DNA from: Candidatus Kaiserbacteria bacterium
GTDB taxonomy: Bacteria > Patescibacteriota > Minisyncoccia > Phycocordibacterales > Phycocordibacteraceae
Reading direction: 5' to 3'
NCBI GenBank assembly: GCA_027451665.1
Contig: DAIDIW010000001.1
Coordinates: 95,359-159,358, forward strand
Length of the DNA: 64,000 nucleotides
Shown here: in pieces, positions 8,971 to 18,018 of the stretch
Position numbering within the stretch: the stretch's first letter is position 1
How the letters are laid out: every line of letters begins with the position of its first letter
Position numbers and translations under genes: made by a program
Notes under the pieces: model-generated
What the model saw: the letters and a program-made list of their open reading frames with translations, nothing else
What the model was told of the DNA's origin: nothing
Database searches by the model: none

Positions 8971-8992
8971 AGGTGCGTGCTACAGTCTATCC

Positions 8993-10390
8993 ATGGCACT
9001 CACACTCACTCCCTACGGCGCAGCGGGCACCGTCACCGGCTCCAATTTCATGATCGAGACCGACAAGGCGAAGGTTCTCGTCGATTGCGGGATGGAGCAG
9101 GGCGCCGACTTCTGCGAGAAGGCGATGTACGAGAAATTTCCATATGACCCCTCGGCTGTCGATGCGCTTGTGCTTACCCATGCGCATCTCGATCACGTCG
9201 GCCGCATCCCGAAGCTCGTGAAGGAAGGCTTCCGGGGGAAGCTTTACATGACCGAACCAACGAAGGACCTCGCCGAGCTCATCTTGCAGGATTCGGTGGG
9301 CATCCTCTTCGAGGACGCGAAACATTTGGGCGTGGATCCGCTTTTCACGCAGGATGATGTCGATGCCACCCTCCCGCTTATCGAGACTATCCCGTATCAC
9401 GAGGAGAAGGAGATTGCGCCCGGCATGACGGCCTACCTGCGCGATACAGGCCATATTCTCGGTTCTGCGAGCGTCCGATTGACCGACACGGCTGACAGCT
9501 CATCCTTGGCGCTTACAGGCGATATCGGCAATTCCCCATCGCCTCTGCTTCCGGATTTCGAGCCTGTCTCGGATGCCGATGCGGTTCTTATGGAGAGCGT
9601 GTACGGAAACCGCCTTCATCCGGACGAGAAGGGTCGTGTGGAGCACCTGCGCGATACTTTGAAAGCGGCTATCGACCGTGGCGGTAATATCCTCATCCCG
9701 GCGTTCTCAATCGAGCGCACGCAGCTCATGCTCTACGAGCTGAGCAACTTCTTCGAGGACGGCTCATTGCCAAAGATCCCGGTCTATCTCGATTCGCCCT
9801 TGGCCATAAACGTGACCCGCGTCTATGAAAAGTGGGGCGCGAACTATTTCAAGCAAGCGGCGGAGAAGGAGATGAAGCAGGAGGGCTCCTTGTTCGAGTT
9901 CCCGTTCCTCACGAAGACCCTCTCGCGCGATGAGTCGAAGGAAATCGCGAACGATCACCGACAAAAAATAATTATCGCAGGTGCGGGTATGAGCCATGGC
10001 GGACGCATCGGCATCTGGGAAGAGAAATACCTGCCCGACACGAAGACTTCGCTCATCATCGTGGGCTATCAGGCGCCCGGCTCTCCGGGCCGCCGTATGG
10101 TGGAGGGCGACAAGAAAGTTACGATCCGTCATCGGGACGTGGATGTGCGTGCACACGTGGAGATCCTTGAAGGCTGGTCAGGGCATGCGGACCGTGATGG
10201 GCTCTTACGGTTCGCAGAGGGATGCCTCAAAGGCGGTCGCGTGAAGACAATCTTCGTTGCGATTGGAGAGCCGTCCGCGGAGCGCTTCCTTGCGCAGCGC
10301 ATCCATGATTACCTCGGCGGCCATGCGGTCGTCCCAGAAGCGCAGGAGTCCTGGAGCATCACAAAAGGAGAAGAAGCGAGGAAGGCATAA
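8993..10390 (+). CDS. MBL-fold beta-CASP family RNA-processing ribonuclease
   Basis: Metallo-beta-lactamase motif ALVLTHAHLDHVGRIPKL (HxHxDH). Downstream Asp/His beta-CASP motifs (GHSGHAD). 466 aa. Confidence 0.75.
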   Translation: MALTLTPYGAAGTVTGSNFMIETDKAKVLVDCGMEQGADFCEKAMYEKFPYDPSAVDALVLTHAHLDHVGRIPKLVKEGFRGKLYMTEPTKDLAELILQDSVGILFEDAKHLGVDPLFTQDDVDATLPLIETIPYHEEKEIAPGMTAYLRDTGHILGSASVRLTDTADSSSLALTGDIGNSPSPLLPDFEPVSDADAVLMESVYGNRLHPDEKGRVEHLRDTLKAAIDRGGNILIPAFSIERTQLMLYELSNFFEDGSLPKIPVYLDSPLAINVTRVYEKWGANYFKQAAEKEMKQEGSLFEFPFLTKTLSRDESKEIANDHRQKIIIAGAGMSHGGRIGIWEEKYLPDTKTSLIIVGYQAPGSPGRRMVEGDKKVTIRHRDVDVRAHVEILEGWSGHADRDGLLRFAEGCLKGGRVKTIFVAIGEPSAERFLAQRIHDYLGGHAVVPEAQESWSITKGEEARKA

Positions 10391-10424
10391 GGAAAACCGC
10401 CGCCCCTTGGGCGGCGGTTTTCCT
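10391..10424. terminator. Bidirectional intrinsic terminator GGAAAACCGCCGCC-CCTT-GGGCGGCGGTTTTCC
   Basis: Perfect 14-bp GC stem flanked by an A-tract and a T-tract. It lies between the convergent ribonuclease and rplT genes. Confidence 0.65.
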
Positions 10425-10429
10425 CTAAC

Positions 10430-10777
10430 TTACTTAACTTTCGCGGCGATGCGGGAGAACATCTCGGGATTTGTCGCGGCAATCTCCGCGAGCGTCTTCC
10501 GATCAAGCGCGACGCCGCCCTTCTTCAGCTTATTTATGAAGGTGGAGTACGACTTGTGGCCATTCTCGCGGACCGCAGCATTCAAGCGTACTATCCAGAG
10601 CTGGCGGAAGACATTCTTCTTCTCGCGGCGGTCATTGAAGGCATACTTGCCCGCACGCATGATTGCCTCATGCATCTGGCGCTTCTTCGTAGAGCGGCCG
10701 TGGCGATAGCCCTTCGTACGCGAGAGCATATTGCTCCGGCGCTTGTTCGCCATCACGCCTCCTTTTACTCGTGCCAT
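10430..10777 (-). CDS. rplT: 50S ribosomal protein L20
   Basis: MARVKGGVMANKRRSNMLSRTKGYRHGRSTKKRQMHEAIMRAGKYAFNDRREKK matches L20. Confidence 0.9.
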   Translation of the reverse strand: MARVKGGVMANKRRSNMLSRTKGYRHGRSTKKRQMHEAIMRAGKYAFNDRREKKNVFRQLWIVRLNAAVRENGHKSYSTFINKLKKGGVALDRKTLAEIAATNPEMFSRIAAKVK

Positions 10778-10806
10778 AGGTCTAGGGTAAAGAAATCAGG
10801 ATAAAA

Positions 10807-11001
10807 CTATTTCGCACCGGAAGCAGGGAGGAAGCGCCGCTTCACACTTTTTGTGAGAGCAATTGTGACCGAACCGCGCTTACCGCGTCGCACAGAACCC
10901 GACGCCTTCGCGTTGAAATGATTTTGGCCAGGCTTGCGTGCGACGAGCTTACCCTTGCGGGTGACACGGATGCGCTTCGTATAGGATTTATTGGTTTTCA
11001 T
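10807..11001 (-). CDS. rpmI: 50S ribosomal protein L35
   Basis: MKTNKSYTKRIRVTRKGKLVARKPGQNHFNAK is an L35 pattern. The start is set at the internal Met rather than the 80-aa ORF start. Confidence 0.8.
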   Translation of the reverse strand: MKTNKSYTKRIRVTRKGKLVARKPGQNHFNAKASGSVRRGKRGSVTIALTKSVKRRFLPASGAK

Positions 11002-11557
11002 GGTTGGTATGCTCTGCTTCCTCGCGTTTTTTCTGCGCGGCGAGGTCACGCTCGATGACGCCGGCGTAGCCCTTCGGGCTCTTCGTTATCGGCTCCGCCA
11101 TCTTGAACGCGTACGGGATGCGCTTCAGGAACATATCGAGGCGGCCCTTGAGGAACTCCTCGCCCATGCCCTTATACCGGCCCTTGAGGAAGATCTCGGC
11201 CCGGACCCGGTGACCCTCGGAAAGCCATTCTGCGGCCTTCTTGGCCTTCAGGTTCTGGTCGTTGTCGCTCGTACCGACCTTTATCTGGACTTCCTTGGTT
11301 TCCGAGACCTTAGCCTTGGCCTTGACAGCCTTCTCCTTCTTCCGTCGTTCGTATTCGAATTTACCATAATCGGCGATTCTCGCAACGGGCGGGTTCGCGT
11401 TCGGGCTGATCTCTATAAGGTCGAGTCCGGAGCGTTCTGCAGCCGCGAGCGCCTCGCGCACTGATAGCACGCCGAGATTCTCCCCGTCGCTCCCGATGAC
11501 GCGCAATGCATCTGCACGAATCTCGTTATTGATCCTGAGTCGGTCTTGAATGGCCAC
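10988..11557 (-). CDS. infC: Translation initiation factor IF-3
   Basis: INNEIRADALRVIGSDGENLGVLSVREALAAAERSGLDLIEISPNANPPVARIADYGKFEYE matches the IF-3 N and C domains. Conserved infC-rpmI-rplT order. Confidence 0.85.
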   Translation of the reverse strand: MAIQDRLRINNEIRADALRVIGSDGENLGVLSVREALAAAERSGLDLIEISPNANPPVARIADYGKFEYERRKKEKAVKAKAKVSETKEVQIKVGTSDNDQNLKAKKAAEWLSEGHRVRAEIFLKGRYKGMGEEFLKGRLDMFLKRIPYAFKMAEPITKSPKGYAGVIERDLAAQKKREEAEHTNHENQ

Positions 11558-11703
11558 GTGTAGTGCAAGAAATATACCAGGAATCAGTGGAAATGGGAAG
11601 AATGGATGAAGCTCCTACGGGAGGGAGATGGAAGAGGATGCGAGAGAGCTTCATCTCGGCTTGGCCTTGGCAGCTCATGCATGGTAGTGCCGATTCAGGG
11701 AAT

Positions 11704-11943
11704 CTCCTTGAAAACCCACCCTAAGCGTATACTCTCCACGGGCACCCATTGAGTAAGGATGCCTGTCTGGATCGAGTAGATCTGAGAGACATTGTGTTGG
11801 GCATTGACCGCATATGAAGCGGCACCTCATGGAGGTGCTAGTCCTCTTACCTCCAGCTGATTCTAATCTTCTGGAAGTAGAAACTACTGTCGCGTAGCCG
11901 CCTTCGGGCGGCTTTCGCGTGCTTAGGGTGGGTTTTCAAGGAG
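11704..11943. repeat. 240-bp lower-GC element bounded by perfect 24-bp terminal inverted repeats (candidate MITE or structured RNA)
   Basis: CTCCTTGAAAACCCACCCTAAGC at 11704-11726 is exactly reverse-complementary to 11921-11943. The interior is about 50% GC and contains a GCCGCC-TTCG-GGCGGC tetraloop hairpin and a GCACCTC-CATG-GAGGTGC hairpin. Confidence 0.5.
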
Positions 11944-12073
11944 CTTCAGAGAACAAACATTAGTGGACGAAATAGTTATGTAGCTAGGGAATAGGTGTGA
12001 GGATATCCCCAATGGAGGATTCATGGGGAAGCGGTAGAGTATGGGCCTAGCACTAATTGCTGAATTATCGAAT

Positions 12074-12604
12074 ATGAAGTTTGTCGCTATTTCCGGAAGT
12101 CTCCGCAAAGATTCTTTTAATACGAAGCTCCTAAAGGTCATGCAGGAGCTCGCGCCCGAAGATGTGCAGATCGAGATCTTGAGTGCCGCGCTGCCGCTTT
12201 ATAACCAGGATGATGAAGCCTCCTATCCGGCACCCGCAAAGGCACTCAAGGATGCGGTAAATGCCGCCGATGCGGTCATCCTCTCGACTCCCGAATACAA
12301 CCGTTCCTACTCCGGTGTTCTGAAGAATGCCATTGACTGGCTATCGCGGCCCTACGGCAGCAACTCGTTCGCGGGGAAACCGGTGCTCGTCGCCGGCGTC
12401 TCAATCGGCAGGATTGGCACAGCGGTCGGCCAGAGCCATCTGAAACAAGTGATGGTGTACCTCGATGCGAAGCTCGTCGGTCAGCCCGAGCTTTATCTCG
12501 GCCCCGGGAACGACCTATTCACTGAAGACGGTACTCTTCGCGACGATTCGACCCGTGAGCTCGTGAAGCAGGCGCTTGCGGCGCTTGCGGCGCGCGCGGG
12601 ATAG
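12074..12604 (+). CDS. NAD(P)H-dependent FMN reductase family protein (flavodoxin-like fold)
   Basis: MKFVAISGSLRKDSFNTKLL ... AVILSTPEYNRSYSGVLKNAIDWLSRPYG is the typical NADPH-dependent FMN reductase signature. Confidence 0.75.
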   Translation: MKFVAISGSLRKDSFNTKLLKVMQELAPEDVQIEILSAALPLYNQDDEASYPAPAKALKDAVNAADAVILSTPEYNRSYSGVLKNAIDWLSRPYGSNSFAGKPVLVAGVSIGRIGTAVGQSHLKQVMVYLDAKLVGQPELYLGPGNDLFTEDGTLRDDSTRELVKQALAALAARAG

Positions 12605-12612
12605 GGAACGTG

Positions 12613-12652
12613 ATCAAAACGCCGCACGCCCATAGGGCGTGCGGCGTTTTGA
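12613..12652. terminator. Intrinsic terminator ATCAAAACGCCGCACGCCC-ATAG-GGCGTGCGGCGTTTTGAT
   Basis: Perfect 15-bp stem flanked by an A-tract and a T-tract, directly after the FMN reductase stop. Confidence 0.65.
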
Positions 12653-12661
12653 TGCTACCGT

Positions 12662-13165
12662 ATGCGGATGGAAGAAGCGCCGTCTGAGGAAACGCGACGC
12701 GAGGCGGATCTGCTCCGCCTCTTCGACGTCGCGCTTGTACTGAAGGCGATCGATGGCACCATCGAGATGGCGAGCGCGGTCATTATATTCCTTTATCCGC
12801 GGCTCCTTTTGCGACTCGCCGATCTCGCTACGGCGGGAGAACTTTCCGAGGATCCGCGCGATCTTGTCGCTCGAATCATCCGCGAGTTGGGACACGCTCT
12901 TACAGTTAACGGGCATCTGCTCATCGCCCTCTACCTTTTTGTGCACGGGCTCATAAAGGTGCTTCTCGTAGCGGGGATATTCGCGGGGAAACGGATTGCG
13001 TACCCCCTCTTCATAACGGCGCTCGCATTCTTTAGCACGTATGAGGCGTATCGTGGACTCGTACAGCGCGATACGCTCCTGCTCGCACTCGCTGTATTCG
13101 ACCTCCTCCTCCTCGTGCTTACCGCCTACGAGTACCGGCGGCGCTATCCCTACGTCCCAGCGTAA
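12662..13165 (+). CDS. Hypothetical 4-TM membrane protein (DUF2127-like)
   Basis: 167 aa. Hydrophobic segments VIIFLYPRLLLRLADL, LLIALYLFVHGLIKVLLVAGIFAG, LFITALAFF and LALAVFDLLLLVLTAY. Confidence 0.45.
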   Translation: MRMEEAPSEETRREADLLRLFDVALVLKAIDGTIEMASAVIIFLYPRLLLRLADLATAGELSEDPRDLVARIIRELGHALTVNGHLLIALYLFVHGLIKVLLVAGIFAGKRIAYPLFITALAFFSTYEAYRGLVQRDTLLLALAVFDLLLLVLTAYEYRRRYPYVPA

Positions 13166-13168
13166 GCG

Positions 13169-14242
13169 TTACTCTTCGTCTGGGTACCGGTCAATCAGTT
13201 TCGCCTCGTCGCGCACAACCTGCCAGACCGTGAGAAGGGAGACGGGCGCATAGCCGCGCGCGCGGTTCTCTGCGCCGATCTCGTAGGCGAGCTTCCAATG
13301 TGCGAGCATGTCGCGGTAGATGCGCCGGAGGCTGGTCTGCGGCGCATACACATGGGTCGGTTCGCTCGAAGCCGCATTGAATTCAATGAGCGTGAAGCCG
13401 CGCCCGTGCTTAAATTCCTCGAGATCTGAGAAGCGCACATCGAAGCGTCCGTAGTAGAACTCCTTGATGTCCTTCGAGATGCGGTCGAAGATTGCGGTCA
13501 TCTCCGGCGTAATGGCGTCCTCTCCGTTTAGGAAGATCGAGCCGCGGACGTAATTGCCGACCGTCGCGAGGCGGTGCGTCTTACCGCGCGGTATGACTTG
13601 GTCGAGGAAGCGCTTGTTCCGCCGCAGGTACATGTGGATGACGCTCTTCGGCCTCGGCTCATGTTCGATAAGCTCGCGCAGCGTAGAACGACCGTCGCCT
13701 TCGACGGCGGGAAAATACTTAAGAGTGAGCGAAGTGATGCGTCCGTGCGTTTCAGAAGGTTTGCGGATGTAGAACACACCGGCTTCGCCTTCGTCCGCTA
13801 TGTAACGTTGCAGCACCATGCGGATGTCGGGCGGGAAGGAGCGCAGGTGCGTAAGAAGTTCCGCTTCATCCTGTACGACCCGTACGCCGCGGCCGTTCCT
13901 TCCAATATCAGGCTTCGCGACAAGCGGATAGCCGATGCCGCGCGCGTCCAGTTCATTGCGGAACGAATCCGGAGCGTCGCCCGCATGCACGGTGATGAAG
14001 GGAGCGAAGAATCCGCGCGCATAGGGACCAACGAGCCCGAAGAGGTCCGTCTTAGATTCTCCCGCCATACCGCCCGTGAGGATGGACGGATTCGAGAGCG
14101 CCGGCAGGAAGATGCCGCGATGTTTCGCAGCGAGATAGAGGCTATAGGGCACATGGAACAGATAGGGAGCCATCCCCGGAAGATAATCGAGCACGGAGGA
14201 GAGGAACGGTCGGGAAGTGGTTTCGTGAAATTCGGTAGTCAT
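13169..14242 (-). CDS. ATP-grasp domain protein (possible carboxylate-amine/peptide ligase)
   Basis: GYPLVAKPDIGRNGRGVRVVQDEAELL resembles the ATP-grasp lysine/glycine-rich loop. The downstream region is compatible with the ATP-grasp fold. 357 aa. Confidence 0.55.
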   Translation of the reverse strand: MTTEFHETTSRPFLSSVLDYLPGMAPYLFHVPYSLYLAAKHRGIFLPALSNPSILTGGMAGESKTDLFGLVGPYARGFFAPFITVHAGDAPDSFRNELDARGIGYPLVAKPDIGRNGRGVRVVQDEAELLTHLRSFPPDIRMVLQRYIADEGEAGVFYIRKPSETHGRITSLTLKYFPAVEGDGRSTLRELIEHEPRPKSVIHMYLRRNKRFLDQVIPRGKTHRLATVGNYVRGSIFLNGEDAITPEMTAIFDRISKDIKEFYYGRFDVRFSDLEEFKHGRGFTLIEFNAASSEPTHVYAPQTSLRRIYRDMLAHWKLAYEIGAENRARGYAPVSLLTVWQVVRDEAKLIDRYPDEE

Positions 14243-14405
14243 GCGAGACGACGAGCGAGAAGGAATGGTACGGTCCTTATACGCCGTACGGGAGCCAGTT
14301 GTGTCTCCCTCCCGGGTGGACTCTCCCAGTGTATCGCAGCGACCCGCCGCGCGCGAAAGGTTTCATTTTCCGGACAGGGCGGTGCGTATTAGAATATGCG
14401 GACGA

Positions 14406-14976
14406 GATGTCGCAATCGCTTACCGATGAAGAGATCGTTCGCCGAACGCTCGCTGATAAGGACGCTTTCGCGGAAATTATCGCGCGGTACGAGGCGAAGC
14501 TCGGCCGCTACCTCGAGCGGCTGGGCGTCGCGCTTCCTGAGGATAGGGAGGACATCCTCCAGAATGCCTTCATCAAGGCGTATCGCAACCTCAACAGTTT
14601 TGACCCGTCGCTCCCCTTTTCCTCTTGGATGTATCGCATCGCCCATAACGAGGCCATGAGCTTCTTCCGTGCGCGGCGCGCTCGACCGCAGGTGGTGCTG
14701 AATGAGGAGGGTGAAGCGCTCATCACCGAGCTCAAGGACGAATCGGCGGACGCGGCCGCGCATGCAGAGCTGCGGTTGTCGCGCGAAGGGCTCGGGAGGG
14801 CGCTCGCGACGCTCGATCCCCGCTATCGGGATGCGCTCATTCTCCGATTCTTCGAGGATCGTTCCTATGCCGAAATGTCTGATATCCTCGAGGTGCCTAT
14901 CGGCACCGTCTCGACGCTGATACACCGGGCCAAGCGCGCGCTCAAATCCGCAATGCCTGAAGCGTTTACGCCATGA
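14406..14976 (+). CDS. ECF-type RNA polymerase sigma-70 family factor
   Basis: Region 2 (ILQNAFIKAYRNLNSFDPSLPFSSWMYRIAHNEAMSFFR) and region 4 (LILRFFEDRSYAEMSDILEVPIGTVSTLIHRAKRAL) are present. Confidence 0.8.
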
Positions 14977-15881
14977 CTACTCAAGAATCATCGAATCCCT
15001 CTCCGCGCGCAGCCTTTCCAGGCGGTCGCCCGCGCACTGGCCTCGCTGCGCGCATACTCGAACGCATCGAAGGCGACCGGCTGAAGCCGCGCCCGCGCTG
15101 GGAATTCGTCTTCAAGAATTACGTATTTTGGACCTTGGGCGCGATTGCGGTCGCGCTCGGCGCATTCGCGTTCGCGGCGGCCGTCTTCGAGGTGCAAAAC
15201 GCGGGATGGAATCTCGCCGCAGCGACCCATCCTGATTTCCTTACCTTCTTCCTCGCGGTCGCACCTTTCCTCTGGGTGATCGCGCTCGCGCTCTTTGTGG
15301 TCCTCGGCTATGCGAATATCCGTCGTACGCGACGCGGCTACCGTTATCCGCTCGCAGTCATTGCGCTCGGTGCCGTGCTTACGTCGGTCGCGCTCGGTAG
15401 CGGCCTCTATGCGGCAGGACTCGGCGGCGAGATCGAGGAATCGCTCGGCACGCACCTGCCGTTCTATCGCCCCATCCTCGCTGAGGAGCATGAATGGTGG
15501 CTTGCGCCGCAGAAGGGGCTTCTCGGCGGCACGGTGCTCTCGCTCGCCTCAAGCACCCGTATGTTCGTACTCAAGGACTTCTCGGGTCGCGTGTGGAATG
15601 TCGATACTTCGGATTTGCGGGGGAACGACCTCATTGTGCTCTCCCGTGGCGGGACGGTGCGCATCGTCGGCGTGCCGACGACCGCGACGAGCAGCGTCTT
15701 TCATGCGTGCTTCGTCTTCCCGTGGAAGGTCGTAGGACTTATGCATGAGGAAGCGCCCACGCCGCCGCTCTTTGTGCCTGCTTCATCTACTGAAACAGCA
15801 ACGCTTCCGCCGCGTAGTGAACAATGTAAGGGCATTGCCCCTTACACGCGACTCCGCGCGCTCGATGGGGACGGCTTTTAG
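14973..15881 (+). CDS. Membrane protein translationally coupled to the ECF sigma gene (candidate anti-sigma factor)
   Basis: The start overlaps the sigma stop (ATGA). A cytoplasmic N-terminus is followed by several TM helices. The call rests on position only. Confidence 0.4.
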   Translation: MTTQESSNPSPRAAFPGGRPRTGLAARILERIEGDRLKPRPRWEFVFKNYVFWTLGAIAVALGAFAFAAAVFEVQNAGWNLAAATHPDFLTFFLAVAPFLWVIALALFVVLGYANIRRTRRGYRYPLAVIALGAVLTSVALGSGLYAAGLGGEIEESLGTHLPFYRPILAEEHEWWLAPQKGLLGGTVLSLASSTRMFVLKDFSGRVWNVDTSDLRGNDLIVLSRGGTVRIVGVPTTATSSVFHACFVFPWKVVGLMHEEAPTPPLFVPASSTETATLPPRSEQCKGIAPYTRLRALDGDGF

Positions 15882-15988
15882 CCTCTTGAGCGCTATTGCG
15901 AGCTAGCGCGACAGCTCATCGACACACTGGAACGTGCGCGGCCGAAGGCCGCGCACCGCGTATCATAGGAAGAGCCTCTTTTTATAGT

Positions 15989-16860
15989 ATGAACGAGACC
16001 GATTTTGAACGCATCGCGGTAGAAGAATTCGATCGTGTCCCAGACCGTTTTCGCGCGCGTATTCGGAATGTCGCACTTCTCATCGAGGACGAACCCTCTT
16101 CGGAGGAACGGCTGCACAGAATCTTACAGATGACGAAACGCTGCTTGGCCTCTATCGTGGCGTACCTGCTTCCGAACGGGGCGCGGCATATACGGGCGTG
16201 CTGCCGGACACCATCACGCTCTATCGGCTCCCGCTTCTCAATGAAGCGCAGCTCCTCCTTGAAGAGCATCGTGCCGATTCGTTCACCGAGGCGGTGTGTC
16301 TTGCAGTGCGCGAGACAATATGGCACGAGGTTGGCCATTACTTCGGGCTACCGGAAGAAGCAGTGCATGCGCGCGAAGCCATCGGCACGAACCATTTCGA
16401 GGAGGAATCGCCTTCCTCCCGTGCGCGCGTAGTGCCTGAAGCGCGCGGTCGGGCGCCGCGGCAGCCGCACCCTGTCGCGCTCGGATTCGGCGTCATTTTC
16501 ATACTGCTCGGTATGGCGGGATTCACGAGCAATCCGCTCATAGGCCACAACGCGTTGTTCGCGGCTGGTACGGCGTATGATCTTCTGCATCTTTGCGCGG
16601 GTTTTGCGCTTGTCCTTGCGGCGTACACGCGTCCGCGCGTCTCGGATGCGTGGCAAAAGCTTATTGGCGCCTTCTTCATTTTGGTCGGCGTGATAGGCCT
16701 TTTGACCGTCTCGGCCGCAGGGGGGCTACTCATGGGACTCGCCTATGCGAACGGCGCGTCAGATTGGCTCAATCTCATCCTCGGCGCACTCGCATTCTTC
16801 GGAAGTGCAATAGAGGTCGATCGGCAAAAGAACGTCCTCACGGAAGGTGAGGACGCATAG
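15989..16860 (+). pseudogene. DUF1025-like Zn-metallopeptidase domain interrupted by a frameshift near 16105-16125 and fused to a C-terminal multi-TM domain
   Basis: Frame A reads MNETDFERIAVEEFDRVPDRFRARIRNVALLIEDEPSSEE. Frame B continues DDETLLGLYRGVPASERGAAYTGVLPDTITLYRLPLL...WHEVGHYFGLPEE, which is the expected continuation of the same family. It then runs into a 5-6 TM region ending at 16860. Confidence 0.5.
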
Positions 16861-16871
16861 AGTTACTGGGG

Positions 16872-17066
16872 TTACTGGACGGTGAGGACGGTCGCTTTTG
16901 AAGCGAGTGCGCCGGCCGCGAGGAACGCCTGTTGCGAGCTCTGGAGGAAGACGATGATTGTCCTTGAGAGCTCGGAGAATACGTGCGGCATAGCATTTGC
17001 GAGAATGAACAGGAAGAGCCCGAACCCCAAGACGCGGATTGGTCTCATGGTGAGTGTGATCATGCA
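16872..17066 (-). CDS. Possible small membrane protein (~64 aa)
   Basis: MITLTMRPIRVLGFGLFLFILANAMPHVFSELSRTIIVFLQSSQQAFLAAGALASKATVLTVQ has two hydrophobic segments. It lies in a lower-GC intergenic stretch. Weak call. Confidence 0.25.
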   Translation of the reverse strand, partial: CMITLTMRPIRVLGFGLFLFILANAMPHVFSELSRTIIVFLQSSQQAFLAAGALASKATVLTVQ

Positions 17067-17214
17067 TAAGCCGTTCCAGGGAGGAACCGCGAGACACTGG
17101 GTGTCTCGATGGGGCGCTTCCGCAGCTCTCTGCCTGCTATAACCTCCTTTTATGCACAGGCGTTGCGCTTGTCCGGTGGGTAGGTGGATTTCCCGATAAG
17201 GGTATGATGGCCGT

Positions 17215-17964
17215 ATGAACAATCGCTTCGCGCGCTTCTGGGAGAACCAGTTCGTTCCGCTCGGGCTCCTGTTAGGTGCCGCCCTCGTCATCGTCGGACT
17301 TATCGGGTCATGGACGGCAATTTCGATCAAGAATGCGAACGACACGCTCACGGTCACCGGGTCCGCGACCGCGAATGTCACGGCGGATTCCGCTAAATGG
17401 ACGCTCACCGCCAATCGCACCGCGGTTGCGGCAGGAGTACCTGCTGCAACCGAGCAGGTGCTCGCTGACGCGAAGAAGATTGAGAAGTTCTTTGCGGCTG
17501 CCGGTATACCGTCGAGCGAGGTCACGCTCGGCGCCGTCCACACGAATCAGGATTATTCGAAGTACAGCAATGATCCGAGCGCGCCCACAAGCTATATCGT
17601 GAGTCAGGACGTCACGGTGTCTTCCGCCGACCCGCAGCTTATCCAGCGGCTTTCGCAGGATACTTCTGCGCTCACGAACCAGGGGATCATGCTCACCTCG
17701 CAGGATCCGCAATACCTGCTCTCCGACCTGCTGCAGTATCGAATCTCACTCGCGGGCGCGGCAATGCAGGATGCGAAGGCGCGCGCCACGCAACTTGTGA
17801 AGGACTCCGGACAGTCGGTTGGCCGACTCAGGAGCGCGTCGACGGCGGCCGTGCAAGTGATGGCGAGGGATTCGCTGAATGTCTCGGATTACGGCACCTA
17901 CGATACCTCGACCATAGATAAGACCGTCATGGTCACCGTACGCGCCACGTTTGCGGTGAATTAA
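17215..17964 (+). CDS. SIMPL/DUF541 family periplasmic protein
   Basis: N-terminal TM anchor, then TLTVTGSATANVTADSAKWTLTAN and a C-terminal DKTVMVTVRATFAV pattern typical of SIMPL proteins. Confidence 0.65.
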   Translation: MNNRFARFWENQFVPLGLLLGAALVIVGLIGSWTAISIKNANDTLTVTGSATANVTADSAKWTLTANRTAVAAGVPAATEQVLADAKKIEKFFAAAGIPSSEVTLGAVHTNQDYSKYSNDPSAPTSYIVSQDVTVSSADPQLIQRLSQDTSALTNQGIMLTSQDPQYLLSDLLQYRISLAGAAMQDAKARATQLVKDSGQSVGRLRSASTAAVQVMARDSLNVSDYGTYDTSTIDKTVMVTVRATFAVN

Positions 17965-18018
17965 GCCGGTGCTACCCATACATTGCATGCCCGCGTGGAT
18001 ACGCGTATTGTGGGGGAC

